A stretch of DNA of 64,000 bases from an uncultured Bacteroides sp. (GTDB taxonomy: Bacteria; Bacteroidota; Bacteroidia; Bacteroidales; UBA932), in contig CABRNS010000003.1 in NCBI GenBank assembly GCA_902472425.1, positions 42,131 to 106,130 of the forward strand. Direction: 5' to 3'. Positions 1 to 9,023 of this stretch are shown in pieces; the stretch's first letter is position 1, and every line of letters starts with the position of its first letter. The notes beneath the pieces are model-generated. The model was not told where the DNA came from. It saw nothing but the letters and a program-made list of their open reading frames with translations, and made no database searches. The position numbers and the translations under genes were made by a program.

Positions 1-628
1 CTCCGATGGAGTGATAGAATCTTACTTCGGCAGGAGTCTCGTAGGTTGGTCCGGTGCTGGCAAGATAGACGCCTTTCATGGCAGGGATGCCCATCTTGCT
101 GCATATTCCTTCGGCAAGCGCCTGAAGCTGAAGATCATACGCACAGGTCATATCCGGGAACCTCTCTCCGAATGTATCGAGATTCGGGCCAATAAGCGGG
201 TTTGGAATCATGTTGATGTGGTCTCTGATGATGACCAGATCTCCAACTTTATAGTCCGGGTTGCAGGAACCGGCTGCGTTGGACACGAAGATGTATTCAA
301 CTCCTAAGAGTTTCATCACCCTTACGCCTATGGTGACATCTTCCATCGGGTATCCTTCATAGTAGTGGAATCTTCCCTGCATGGCGACAACTGTTTTGCC
401 GCCAAGCTTACCATATATGAAGTTGCTTTTGTGTCCCACTGCGGTGGATACCGGGAATCCCGGGATGTCGGAGTACGGAATTACTGTCTTGTCTTGAATC
501 CTGTCTGCCAGTTTGCCCAATCCGCTGCCAAGCACTATAGCGGCGACAGGTCGCTCACTGCCGACAACACTCTTGATATAGTCGGCGCATTTTTGGAGCC
601 TGCTGGTGTAGATTTTCTTATCTTCCAT
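1..628 (-). CDS. purine nucleoside phosphorylase (PunA/PNP-I family), 3' end truncated by window edge
   Basis: Reverse-strand translation from ATG at 626-628 gives MEDKKIYTSRLQKCADYIKSVVGSERPVAAIVLGSGLGKLADRIQDK...MQGRFHYYEGY...VSNAAGSCNP; GRFH-YEGY and SNAAG motifs are typical of trimeric PNP. Not in the ORF track because it has no stop inside the window. Confidence 0.8.
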   Translation of the reverse strand, partial: MEDKKIYTSRLQKCADYIKSVVGSERPVAAIVLGSGLGKLADRIQDKTVIPYSDIPGFPVSTAVGHKSNFIYGKLGGKTVVAMQGRFHYYEGYPMEDVTIGVRVMKLLGVEYIFVSNAAGSCNPDYKVGDLVIIRDHINMIPNPLIGPNLDTFGERFPDMTCAYDLQLQALAEGICSKMGIPAMKGVYLASTGPTYETPAEVRFYHSIG

Positions 629-649
629 ATTAAACTATCGTGGTTTGAA

Positions 650-1921
650 TCAAATTTTACTGAGTACTCTTCTTGCTTCTTTAAGGATTTCCTTTTCTCC
701 TTCAACTTCCCGGTGTCTCATCAGGAACTTCCCGTTGCATATTACCGAGTCTATGCAATCAGAGTGTGCGGAATATACAAAGTTTGCAAGGAATGAGCCG
801 TGAGAAAGGAAAAATGAATTGTCCGTGTCCACTATGCTTATGTCCGCTACGGCCCCTTCCTCAATCCGTCCTGCATCCAGCCTCAGTGCTTTGGCACCGT
901 TGACTGTCGCCATATTCATCAATTCCGGTATAGGGAGGGCGGAAGGGTCATCTCTCCATGCTTTCTGGAACAGGGCTGATGTTTTCATCGCTTCCTGGAT
1001 ATCAAGATTGTTGGAAGAAGCGCATCCGTCCGTTCCTATGCACACGTTGACTCCGGCATCCCTGAGTTCGTTGTACGGGAACCGGTATCCGGAAGCTAGT
1101 TTGGCGTTGGAGTTGATATTGTGGATGCAGTGCACTCCTCTTTTGGCGAGTATCTCTATGTCTGAAGGGGAGACCCATAGGGTATGCGCGGCAAGCACTC
1201 TGTCTGACAATATTCCGAGTCTGTCAAGGTACTCCACCGGAGTAAGTCCGCCATGTGCAGCCTTGCAGTCTTCGACTTCCTTGAGAGTCTCGCTGAGATG
1301 TATGTGGATGTTCAAATCGTGCTTGCGGGCGAAATCGTTTACCCACAGCATCATATTCTCGCTTACAGAATAAATCGCGTGAAAAGCTATTTCGTAAATG
1401 AGACAAGGGTTCTCGGAGCCAAGGAACGGCGCACTTTTCTTCTCGCACTGCTCTTTCTGCCGTTCGGCTTCAGCCGGATCGCCTTTGTCCATCACGTCAT
1501 ATCCGGTGGCAATCCTCATTCCCATCTCTGTGGCGGCCCGTACGGAATCTTCGAAAAACCAATACTGGTCATTGAATGTGGTTGTGCCGGTCTTGATCAT
1601 CTCAAGACATGCAAGTTTGGTGGCCCAATATACGTAGTCGTGGTCGAGATTCTTTTCGACTTCCCATATTTTCTGGAGCCAGCACTGGAACTTGACATCT
1701 TCCTCAATGCCCCTCATAAGGGACATAGGGGAGTGGGTATGCATATTGACAAACCCCGGGATGGCAACCATCCCGGAGCAGTCCATTGTTTCTATGTCTC
1801 CGGATATCTCCCATCCAACGCTGTCACCGGCTTCGCCTATCTTGGAAATGCGGCTGCCCTGGATGAGTATGTCTTTCAGAGAACCGTCAATGGTGATGTC
1901 CTTGAGAAGTATGGCCGCCAT
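650..1921 (-). CDS. mtaD: amidohydrolase, 5'-methylthioadenosine/S-adenosylhomocysteine deaminase-like
   Basis: 445-aa ORF with metal-dependent amidohydrolase motifs (MHTHSPMSL, HLSE, GTDG). Start placed at internal MAAILLKDITIDG (ATG 1919-1921) because the longer form would overlap the upstream gene by 66 nt. Adjacent to PNP, consistent with MTA/SAH salvage. Confidence 0.75.
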   Translation of the reverse strand: MAAILLKDITIDGSLKDILIQGSRISKIGEAGDSVGWEISGDIETMDCSGMVAIPGFVNMHTHSPMSLMRGIEEDVKFQCWLQKIWEVEKNLDHDYVYWATKLACLEMIKTGTTTFNDQYWFFEDSVRAATEMGMRIATGYDVMDKGDPAEAERQKEQCEKKSAPFLGSENPCLIYEIAFHAIYSVSENMMLWVNDFARKHDLNIHIHLSETLKEVEDCKAAHGGLTPVEYLDRLGILSDRVLAAHTLWVSPSDIEILAKRGVHCIHNINSNAKLASGYRFPYNELRDAGVNVCIGTDGCASSNNLDIQEAMKTSALFQKAWRDDPSALPIPELMNMATVNGAKALRLDAGRIEEGAVADISIVDTDNSFFLSHGSFLANFVYSAHSDCIDSVICNGKFLMRHREVEGEKEILKEARRVLSKI

Positions 1922-2262
1922 TAAAGGTCTTCGAACTTGATGTCTGAATCTGTCTCTTCTCTTACAGGAATCTCTCCATTGAAGCACTTGTCCTTGATGT
2001 AGGTAACGACATCCTGAAGGCCTTCGGCGAACTTCTCAAAGTCTTCCTTGTAGAGGAAAATCTTGTGCTTGTCGTATGAAAAATTGCCGTCCGCACCGCT
2101 GCGGCGCTTGCTTTCCGTGATTGTAAGATAAAAGTCCTTGTTGTCTTTGGTGGACTTTACATCAAAGAAGTATGTGCGTTTGCCGGCTCTTACCGGTTTT
2201 GAATAAATATCCTCCCCGTCGCGGCTGTCAAACCGCTTCTTGTCGTAATCGTCTCTGTACAT
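1921..2262 (-). CDS. DUF3276 (Pur-alpha-like) nucleic-acid-binding protein
   Basis: 113 aa, KRTYFFDVKSTKDNKDFYLTITESKR and KHKIFLYKEDFEKF repeats characteristic of the Bacteroidetes PUR-like family. Confidence 0.6.
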   Translation of the reverse strand: MYRDDYDKKRFDSRDGEDIYSKPVRAGKRTYFFDVKSTKDNKDFYLTITESKRRSGADGNFSYDKHKIFLYKEDFEKFAEGLQDVVTYIKDKCFNGEIPVREETDSDIKFEDL

Positions 2263-2344
2263 AATTTAAAAATTTGTATTTCGCCTTAGCGAAAAAAATG
2301 TTACTTTACTAATGCAAAATTATAATAATTTGTGGATTACTTGT

Positions 2345-2352
2345 TATCTTTG
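2345..2352 (+). promoter_or_regulatory. candidate Bacteroidetes sigma-A -7 box (TATCTTTG) upstream of nusB
   Basis: TAnnTTTG consensus 32 nt upstream of the nusB ATG; -33 element not convincingly placed. Confidence 0.35.
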
Positions 2353-2383
2353 TACGATAAAATTTGAATATTGGTCCAAAAAG

Positions 2384-3304
2384 ATGCTCAATAGACGTAT
2401 TCTTCGCACAAAGGCCTTTAAAACGGTCTATGGATATGCGGAAAATTCAAGTATGACCCTCAAGGAGGCGGAGGCTTTGCTGGATATGACATGCGAGGCT
2501 ACCCGGGATTTGTATCTGTTTCTGCTTTCAGTTACGGGGCCGTTGGTTGCCGAGGCTTCGGCCAGAATAGAAGCCGCACGGAACAAGTTTGCTCCTACTG
2601 AGGAGGAGTTGAACCCGAATATGAAATTCGTGGAGAATTCCATAACTCCTCTGCTTACGGAAGATCCTGATTTCCAGAAACTTCTCAAACGCAAGAAGTT
2701 CAGTTGGGAGCAGTACGATGTGTTTCTCCGTCATTTGTATGAAAGCGTAAGGGAGTCGAAGTACTTTCAGGATTATCTTGAGGCTGAGGAAAGCGGACTT
2801 GAGGCTGATGCTTCGCTGTGGGCCAAAATCTTCGAGCGTGAGTTTGAAGACAATGAGGAATTGAGAGACATTCTCGAAGATATGTCGATATACTGGAATG
2901 ACGACCTGGGATATGCTCTCGGATGGTGTTGCCGCACGGTTCGTGAGCTTGGAAAAGGGGGGAGATGGTCCTTGCCGCCGCTATACGTAAGCGATCTTCC
3001 GGGCAATGAGGCGAAGAGCAGCGACAAAGCGTTCGTGTTCGGACTTTTGCGGTCGGCTTATTTGAATTTCGATGCTTTCTCGGAGAATATAGCTGCGCTG
3101 ACTCCCAAATGGAACAGGGACCGCATCTGTGCCACTGACCTGGCATTGATTGTGTGCGGAATGGCAGAGGCGAAGGCATTTCCTCAGACTCCTGTCAAGG
3201 TCATAATCAATGAATATGTAGAGATCTCGAAGTTCTACAGCACCCCTGAAAGCAGCGGGTTCGTGAATGGACTTTTGGATAGACTTATTAATAATCACAA
3301 TTAA
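2384..3304 (+). CDS. nusB: transcription antitermination factor NusB (long Bacteroidetes form)
   Basis: MLNRRILRTKAFKTVYGYAE N-terminus typical of NusB; about 307 aa as in Bacteroidetes; followed by yajC. Confidence 0.75.
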   Translation: MLNRRILRTKAFKTVYGYAENSSMTLKEAEALLDMTCEATRDLYLFLLSVTGPLVAEASARIEAARNKFAPTEEELNPNMKFVENSITPLLTEDPDFQKLLKRKKFSWEQYDVFLRHLYESVRESKYFQDYLEAEESGLEADASLWAKIFEREFEDNEELRDILEDMSIYWNDDLGYALGWCCRTVRELGKGGRWSLPPLYVSDLPGNEAKSSDKAFVFGLLRSAYLNFDAFSENIAALTPKWNRDRICATDLALIVCGMAEAKAFPQTPVKVIINEYVEISKFYSTPESSGFVNGLLDRLINNHN

Positions 3305-3315
3305 ATTTTAATTCG

Positions 3316-3627
3316 ATGTTGACTATTATTTTGCAGACAGCAGCTGCGCAGCCAGCAGGTAACGGCTTGTGGAGCATGCTTATTATGTTCGTTCTTATCT
3401 TCGCGGTTATGTATTTCTTTATGATCAGACCTCAGAAGAAACAGCAGAAAGCCATTGAAGAGATGCGTAAGGCTCTCACCAAAGGAGATAAGGTAATCAC
3501 CGCAGGCGGAATATACGGAACTATCGCTGATATAGACGAGACTTCAGTCCTTATCAAGGTAGATGGAGATGTCAAGATTCGTGTGGACAAATCTTGCATC
3601 AATAAGGATACCACTGCATCCAAATAG
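3316..3627 (+). CDS. yajC: preprotein translocase subunit YajC
   Basis: 103 aa, single TM then IRPQKKQQKAIEEM...GDKVITAGGIYG, a classic YajC signature. Confidence 0.9.
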   Translation: MLTIILQTAAAQPAGNGLWSMLIMFVLIFAVMYFFMIRPQKKQQKAIEEMRKALTKGDKVITAGGIYGTIADIDETSVLIKVDGDVKIRVDKSCINKDTTASK

Positions 3628-4550
3628 TGCGGAATAACTGGGTACAGTTTCTCCTTTGTCTTTTGCTTTCGTCGGCTATTTGGCTGATTCATAATCTGTC
3701 CGGTTCTTATGTCGGCCTTGTGAGCGTGCCGGTGCAGGCGAAAAGCAATATTGAGGCTCATTCGGAGATGTCGACGACCGATGCCACCGTGACTGCACAG
3801 TTGCGCGCATCCGGTTTCAGGCACATTATGTTCGCTCTGAAACACAAGCGGCCGTTGGTTGTGACTTTTTCTCCGTCTGATCTGAAGTATTCAGGAGAAG
3901 ACAAGTATTCCATACCTTCTTCCAGTCTGTATAAATACTCGACAGCAATCTTCGGAGATGGCGTTACCGTAGAGTCTTTCATCTCGGAAGGGTTGTCTTT
4001 TACTTTCCCGTCCGTCAGTTTCAAAAAGGTACCGGTGGTGAACGTGGGATATCTTGATTTCCGGTCCCAATATATGGCTCTCTCCCCGATGTCACTTCAG
4101 CCTGATTCCGTATATGTTTATGGAGAACCTTTGAGGCTGGACAATGTGGACAGGGTCCTGACCAAGCCGCTTGAAATTTATGACATTAATACGGATTTGC
4201 ATGGTTCGGTGAAACTGGAGGTGCCGAAGGCTTTGAGACTCTCGCACGAGTCTGTGACCTACTCTCTTGCAGTAAGCCGTTATGTGGAGGTGAAGAAGGA
4301 AATGAGGATTGAAGTGAAGAATGTACCTTCAGGTGTTACCATGTCAGTTCTTCCTTCAACTGCTGACGTGGTATTGAAATGTGTGTTTCCTCTGTCCGTG
4401 GATCCGTGTCTTAATGCCTCGCTGTATGTGGATTACAAAGATTTCGCAAATTCGATAACAGGGCGTTGTGTGGTCAAAGCGAGCGGAATGTCTTCCGCTG
4501 TGATAAACTATACGACAGAGCCTGAAGTTGTGGATTGTCTTATCAACTAG
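3627..4550 (+). CDS. YbbR-like domain protein
   Basis: 307 aa with N-terminal TM; conserved position between yajC and coaE in Bacteroidales; GTG start overlapping the yajC stop. Confidence 0.6.
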   Translation: MRNNWVQFLLCLLLSSAIWLIHNLSGSYVGLVSVPVQAKSNIEAHSEMSTTDATVTAQLRASGFRHIMFALKHKRPLVVTFSPSDLKYSGEDKYSIPSSSLYKYSTAIFGDGVTVESFISEGLSFTFPSVSFKKVPVVNVGYLDFRSQYMALSPMSLQPDSVYVYGEPLRLDNVDRVLTKPLEIYDINTDLHGSVKLEVPKALRLSHESVTYSLAVSRYVEVKKEMRIEVKNVPSGVTMSVLPSTADVVLKCVFPLSVDPCLNASLYVDYKDFANSITGRCVVKASGMSSAVINYTTEPEVVDCLIN

Positions 4551-5084
4551 ATGCGTACCATTCTTGTGACAGGGCCGATAGGCAGCGGTAAATCGGAAGT
4601 ATGCAGGTTTTTCAGTGCAAACGGAATTCCTGTATATGACTGTGATTCCCGCACCAAGATGCTTTATTCGCTGGTTCCCGGACTGAAATGCAGTATTGAG
4701 GAAAGGTTGGGTATCAGGTGGAAGGACATTGGCGTGATTTTTACTGATGCCGGGAAAAGGACGACACTGGAGTCAATGGTTTATCCGTATGTGGTGGATG
4801 ATATCAAGACATGGAAGGCGGATAATGCCGATGCTCCTCTTGTAGTAATCGAATCCGCTGTGGCATTGGACAAGAAAGCATTTGATGATTTGTATGATAC
4901 TGTGCTTCTCGTCACTGCAGACAGGGAAATCAGGCAGAAGCGTAATCCTAAAGTTGCCGAACGGGATGCTTTACAGAGTTTTGATGGTTCGCGCGCTGAC
5001 TTTGTGGTGGAAAATAATTCCGACAAGGAGTGTTTATATGACAAGTTGGAGACATTGTTAATAAAATTGAAACAGGATTTATGA
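4551..5084 (+). CDS. coaE: dephospho-CoA kinase
   Basis: MRTILVTGPIGSGKSEV Walker A at the N-terminus, 177 aa. Confidence 0.85.
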   Translation: MRTILVTGPIGSGKSEVCRFFSANGIPVYDCDSRTKMLYSLVPGLKCSIEERLGIRWKDIGVIFTDAGKRTTLESMVYPYVVDDIKTWKADNADAPLVVIESAVALDKKAFDDLYDTVLLVTADREIRQKRNPKVAERDALQSFDGSRADFVVENNSDKECLYDKLETLLIKLKQDL

Positions 5085-5500
5085 AAACAGATTTAAGAAG
5101 AATTCTTTCAGTGTCCGGACAGCACGGACTCTACAGATATCTTGCTCAGGCCAGAAACGGTGCGGTGGCAGAAAATCTTGCAGATAAGAAAAGAACGGTA
5201 TTTACCGGTTCCAGCAGGATTACCACGCTTGCCGACATAGCAATTTATACCAGTGAAGGGGAGATGAAGCTTTCGGACGTGTTCCTTGCCATTAAGGCTG
5301 CTCTCGGTGATGCGGAAGCACCTTCAGCAAAGGCTTCCGACAAGGAAGTTCTGGACTTTTTCGCCAAGGCTATCCCTGATTATGATGCGGACAGATTCTA
5401 TCTTTCGCACATGCGTAAGGTTCTTGACTGGTACAGTCAAATCGTGAAGTATGCTTCTTTGGATTTTGTAAGTGACGATGAAGAGTCAGAAGAGGCTTAG
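5081..5500 (+). CDS. hypothetical protein (DUF5606-like, acidic C-terminus)
   Basis: 139-aa ORF overlapping the coaE stop by 4 nt (ATGA) and followed by rimO; conserved-looking but no catalytic motif. Confidence 0.5.
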   Translation: MKTDLRRILSVSGQHGLYRYLAQARNGAVAENLADKKRTVFTGSSRITTLADIAIYTSEGEMKLSDVFLAIKAALGDAEAPSAKASDKEVLDFFAKAIPDYDADRFYLSHMRKVLDWYSQIVKYASLDFVSDDEESEEA

Positions 5501-6776
5501 GGTGATTACCCTCGGGTGCTCGAAAAACACCGTTGATACAGAACATCTGCTGGCTTCCCTGCCAGCAGATGATTTCGTTATTGTAGAGGATGATTCTCCG
5601 GTAGATTGTCTGCTTATCAATACCTGTGGTTTCATAGGTGATGCCAAGGAGGAATCCATCAGTGTTATACTTGAGTCCGTGGAGCGCAAGAAAGAGGGGA
5701 GTGTCGGGGAGGTGGTTGTGTTCGGATGCCTTTCACAACGTTATATGCACGAACTGAAGGAAGAGATTCCGGAAGTGGATGCATGGTTTGGTGCTCGTGA
5801 TGAAGATTTGGACCGTCTTCTGGGGAACCTTGGGGTAGAAAGCAGTCATGTCGGGCACCAAAGGCTTGGTACGCAGGCTCCGTATGCTTTTCTGAAAATA
5901 TCCGAAGGGTGCGACAGGCGCTGTTCTTATTGTGCCATCCCGTTCATTCGCGGGGCGCATCGTTCCGTACCGATGGAGGTACTCGTCCAGGAAGCGCGTT
6001 CGCTCGCATCGAAAGGGGTAAGGGAGCTGATAATCATTGCTCAGGACACGACTTACTATGGGCTTGATATCTATCATAGAAGGGCTCTTGGGGAACTTCT
6101 TGAGCGTCTGTCCGCCGTAGAGGGGATAGAGAGGCTTCGCATACATTATTCGTATCCGGCAGATTTCCCGGAGGATGTCATTGACAGTATGGCGAATAAT
6201 CCGAAAGTGTGCAGGTATATGGATATTCCTCTCCAGCATATTTCCGATACCGTACTTTCCAATATGCACCGGAATATAGATGGAAACGGTACCAGGGCCC
6301 TGATTGAAAGAATGAGGAAGAAGGTGCCGGGAATTGTGCTCAGGACGACGATGATTGTGGGACATCCGGGGGAGAGTGAGGCTGATTTTCAGGAACTGTT
6401 GGATTTTGTAAGGGATGCGCGGTTTGAGAGGCTGGGAGCATTTACCTATTCGGAGGAAGAGGGTACGTTCGATGCCACCCATTTCAAGGATGATATCCCG
6501 CAGCAGGAGAAAGACCGCAGGCTTGATGTACTTATGAATCTCCAGAGGGAGATTTCTCTTGAATATAACAACTCAAGGGTTGGAACCGTAGTGGATGTGC
6601 TTGTGGATGATATTGTGGACGGAACTCTTGTGTGCAGAAGCGAATTTGAGAGTCCTGAAGTGGACGGGGAGATTCTGGTAAAGGATGCCGCCGGAGACGT
6701 CAAGGTCGGCGATATGATAAAAGTACGCATCGTCGCTGCGGATGATTACGATCTTGCCGCAGAACGTGTAATTTGA
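5478..6776 (+). CDS. rimO: ribosomal protein S12 methylthiotransferase RimO
   Basis: MKSQKRLRVITLGCSKNTVDTE MTTase N-domain, CSYCAIP radical-SAM cysteine triad, C-terminal TRAM. ATG at 5478 preferred over the GTG at 5472. Confidence 0.9.
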   Translation: MKSQKRLRVITLGCSKNTVDTEHLLASLPADDFVIVEDDSPVDCLLINTCGFIGDAKEESISVILESVERKKEGSVGEVVVFGCLSQRYMHELKEEIPEVDAWFGARDEDLDRLLGNLGVESSHVGHQRLGTQAPYAFLKISEGCDRRCSYCAIPFIRGAHRSVPMEVLVQEARSLASKGVRELIIIAQDTTYYGLDIYHRRALGELLERLSAVEGIERLRIHYSYPADFPEDVIDSMANNPKVCRYMDIPLQHISDTVLSNMHRNIDGNGTRALIERMRKKVPGIVLRTTMIVGHPGESEADFQELLDFVRDARFERLGAFTYSEEEGTFDATHFKDDIPQQEKDRRLDVLMNLQREISLEYNNSRVGTVVDVLVDDIVDGTLVCRSEFESPEVDGEILVKDAAGDVKVGDMIKVRIVAADDYDLAAERVI

Positions 6777-6784
6777 TTTTTTAT

Positions 6785-6792
6785 TATATTTG
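6785..6792 (+). promoter_or_regulatory. candidate -7 promoter box (TATATTTG) for the acyltransferase pair
   Basis: Perfect TAnnTTTG 26 nt upstream of the ATG at 6818, just after the rimO stop. Confidence 0.4.
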
Positions 6793-6817
6793 CAGAGTAC
6801 TACCAAAACCTGAAACA

Positions 6818-7618
6818 ATGTCAGAAGACCGTCTGATTGATGTAAATAAGGTCTTATCGAAAAAAGCCAAAGGGAAAAAAGTCCCGGGCTTTCTTGTGGG
6901 TCTTATCAAGAGATTCATTCATCAGGACTTTTTGAATTCCATTATAGCAAAAAGTGGTGATGGGGTGGATTTCTGTACCGATACCATTAGGGAACTGAAT
7001 GTGCAAATCACTGTGCGCGGTCTGGAAAATGTTCCTGATGACGGAACTCTCTATACCTTTGCGAGCAATCACCCTCTGGGCGGGGTGGACGGTGTTGCAC
7101 TGGCCTCAATCGTGGGACAGAAGTTCGGAGATGTCAGATTGCTGGTCAATGACTTTCTGATGTTCATAAAGCCTCTTGCTCCGCTGTGTGTACCTATCAA
7201 CGTACAGGGTAGCCAGTCAAGAAATCTTCCTCAGATGATTGACGGAGCTTTCGGCTCGCACAAGCAGATGATAATCTTTCCCGCCGGTCTGTGTTCCCGC
7301 AAGATTGACGGGGTGATTCAGGATAGGGCATGGACCAAGACATTCATTGTCAAGAGCAAAGAGTCCAAACGAGCCATAGTTCCGGTTCATTTCATCGGTA
7401 GGAATTCCAATCGTTTCTATCGCGTGGCGCGTCTGTGCACGATTCTGAAACTGAAAACGAATCTTGCGATGTTCCTTTTGCCGGATGAGTTTTACAAGGC
7501 GAGGAATTCCAAATTTACCGTGATATTCGGGAAGCCGATTCCCGCCGAGACATTTGACAATAGCAGAACTCCCCTTGAGTGGGCTTCTGTAGTGAGGAAA
7601 ACAGTATATGAACTCTGA
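6818..7618 (+). CDS. lysophospholipid / lyso-aminolipid O-acyltransferase (PlsC/OlsA/GlsA-like)
   Basis: FASNHPLGGVDG acyltransferase motif (HX4-5D), about 267 aa; immediately upstream of and overlapping an OlsB-like N-acyltransferase gene. Confidence 0.7.
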   Translation: MSEDRLIDVNKVLSKKAKGKKVPGFLVGLIKRFIHQDFLNSIIAKSGDGVDFCTDTIRELNVQITVRGLENVPDDGTLYTFASNHPLGGVDGVALASIVGQKFGDVRLLVNDFLMFIKPLAPLCVPINVQGSQSRNLPQMIDGAFGSHKQMIIFPAGLCSRKIDGVIQDRAWTKTFIVKSKESKRAIVPVHFIGRNSNRFYRVARLCTILKLKTNLAMFLLPDEFYKARNSKFTVIFGKPIPAETFDNSRTPLEWASVVRKTVYEL

Positions 7619-8675
7619 TATGAAGCCGATTATCGATCCCGTGGACGTGAGTTTGCTTAAAGCCGAACTTACGCCTGACAGAAAGCTTTGCAACACCAAC
7701 AAAGCCAACAATGAGATTTACATCGTAGATGCTTTCAATGCGCCCAATGTACTCCGGGAAATCGGACGTCTTAGGGAAATATCATTCCGTGAGGCCGGTG
7801 GCGGCTCCGGTATGGAAATGGACCTTGATGAGTTCGATCTCATGGAAAATCCATACAAGCAGATTGTGATATGGGATCCGGAGTCCGAGGCTATGCTTGG
7901 CGGCTATCGTTATATACTTGGTACGGATGTCAAGATAAAGGAGAACGGACAGCCTCATCTCGCTACGTCTCACATGTTCCATTTCTCGGATGCGTTCATA
8001 AGGGATTATCTGCCTCATGTAATAGAGCTTGGCCGGTCTTTCGTGACTCCGGAATACCAGAGTTCCAAAGCCGGAGCCAAGGCTATTTTCGCTCTTGACA
8101 ATCTTTGGGACGGTATTGGTGCCGTGATGATGCAGCACCCTGGAATCGTCTATCTTTTCGGCAAGATGACCATGTATCCGAGCTATGACAGGTCATGCAG
8201 GGATCTTATTGTTCACTTCCTGTGGAAGCACTTCGGTGACAGGGATGAACTTGTGCGTCCGTACAATCTTGAGATGCCTTTGATTGACGGTCGTCTGCTC
8301 GACCTGATTCTTAAGGACGATGATTTCAAGAGCGACTACAGAAATCTCAAGAATGCCGTGCGGACACTCGGTACGAGCATTCCTCCTCTTATCAATACCT
8401 ATATGAACAGCTCTCCTACGATGAAAATGTTCGGAACTGCGGTCAATGACGAGTTCTCTGACGTGGAGGAGACCGGCATACTTGTGGGTTTCAATGAGAT
8501 GTATGCAGATAAGAGAGACCGTCACAAGGAGCCTTATATGGCGCATGTGATGAAACTGATGCGAGAGCGTTTCCCTCTTCTGAAGGATGGCTTCGCCGAG
8601 AAGTTTGCTTTGAGAAAGGATAGCCGCAGGGATAAAGTCATGCGTAAGATTAAAAAAGAAAAGGTGGAGCCGTAA
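7608..8675 (+). CDS. N-acyltransferase of the OlsB/GlsB ('hemolysin'-annotated, GNAT-fold) family
   Basis: 355 aa; the N-terminal 200 residues resemble ornithine/glycine-lipid N-acyltransferases; start overlaps the upstream acyltransferase by 11 nt. Confidence 0.65.
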   Translation: MNSDMKPIIDPVDVSLLKAELTPDRKLCNTNKANNEIYIVDAFNAPNVLREIGRLREISFREAGGGSGMEMDLDEFDLMENPYKQIVIWDPESEAMLGGYRYILGTDVKIKENGQPHLATSHMFHFSDAFIRDYLPHVIELGRSFVTPEYQSSKAGAKAIFALDNLWDGIGAVMMQHPGIVYLFGKMTMYPSYDRSCRDLIVHFLWKHFGDRDELVRPYNLEMPLIDGRLLDLILKDDDFKSDYRNLKNAVRTLGTSIPPLINTYMNSSPTMKMFGTAVNDEFSDVEETGILVGFNEMYADKRDRHKEPYMAHVMKLMRERFPLLKDGFAEKFALRKDSRRDKVMRKIKKEKVEP

Positions 8676-8980
8676 GCCGGTTTCTGTTTTATTCTGCCAT
8701 TTATCTACGCAACCTACCCCCTGTCATCGGGCGGGCAACCCTCAAATTGCCAGTATATTTGGTCTTGCAGGTCCCGGTGCCGTACCCGTTCGGCATCGCT
8801 GCCGGACGTCGTGAGCTCTTACCTCGCGTTTTCACCATTACCTTCTTGCGAAGGCTGTTATTTTCTGTTACGGCGTGCGTAAAGTTACCTCCACCTGCGA
8901 TTTCCGCAGCGGGATGCCCTTTCCTGTCCGGACTTTCCTCTCATAAAGAGCGGCAGATCGCCCCACCTTTTCTTTTGCGG
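8655..8980 (-). ncRNA. rnpB: RNase P RNA (bacterial type A)
   Basis: Minus strand contains GAGGAAAGUCCGGAC (P4), GGUAAC, GUAAUGGUGAAAACGCGAGGUAAGAGCUCAC and AGAUAAAUGGCAGAAUAAAACAGAAACCGGCUUAC, matching E. coli M1 RNA conserved regions. P1 formed by 5' AAAAGAAAAGGUGG / 3' CCACCUUUUCUUUU. Ends approximate (+/-10 nt). Confidence 0.85.
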
Positions 8981-9023
8981 GTGCAAATATACTAAAAACT
9001 ATCTCTAAGAGCGCTCGAATTGA

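Noticed and set aside
650-1987. Longer 445-aa form of the amidohydrolase ORF
   Set aside because: The N-terminal 22 codons would overlap the upstream DUF3276 gene by 66 nt; the internal ATG (1919-1921) gives a typical amidohydrolase N-terminus and a 1-nt overlap.
5733-6482. 249-aa minus-strand ORF
   Set aside because: Lies entirely antisense inside rimO, whose radical-SAM/MTTase motifs are unambiguous; shadow ORF. Other long antisense ORFs inside well-supported genes were rejected the same way (13510..14220, 27416..28567, 28580..29248, 23550..24209, 9405..10076, 45529..46227, 50815..51792, 32153..33137).
8747-8995. 82-aa plus-strand ORF in the 'gap' after the acyltransferase genes
   Set aside because: The region is fully explained by RNase P RNA on the opposite strand (P4, P10-12 and 3'-terminal conserved blocks all present); the ORF has no coding features.
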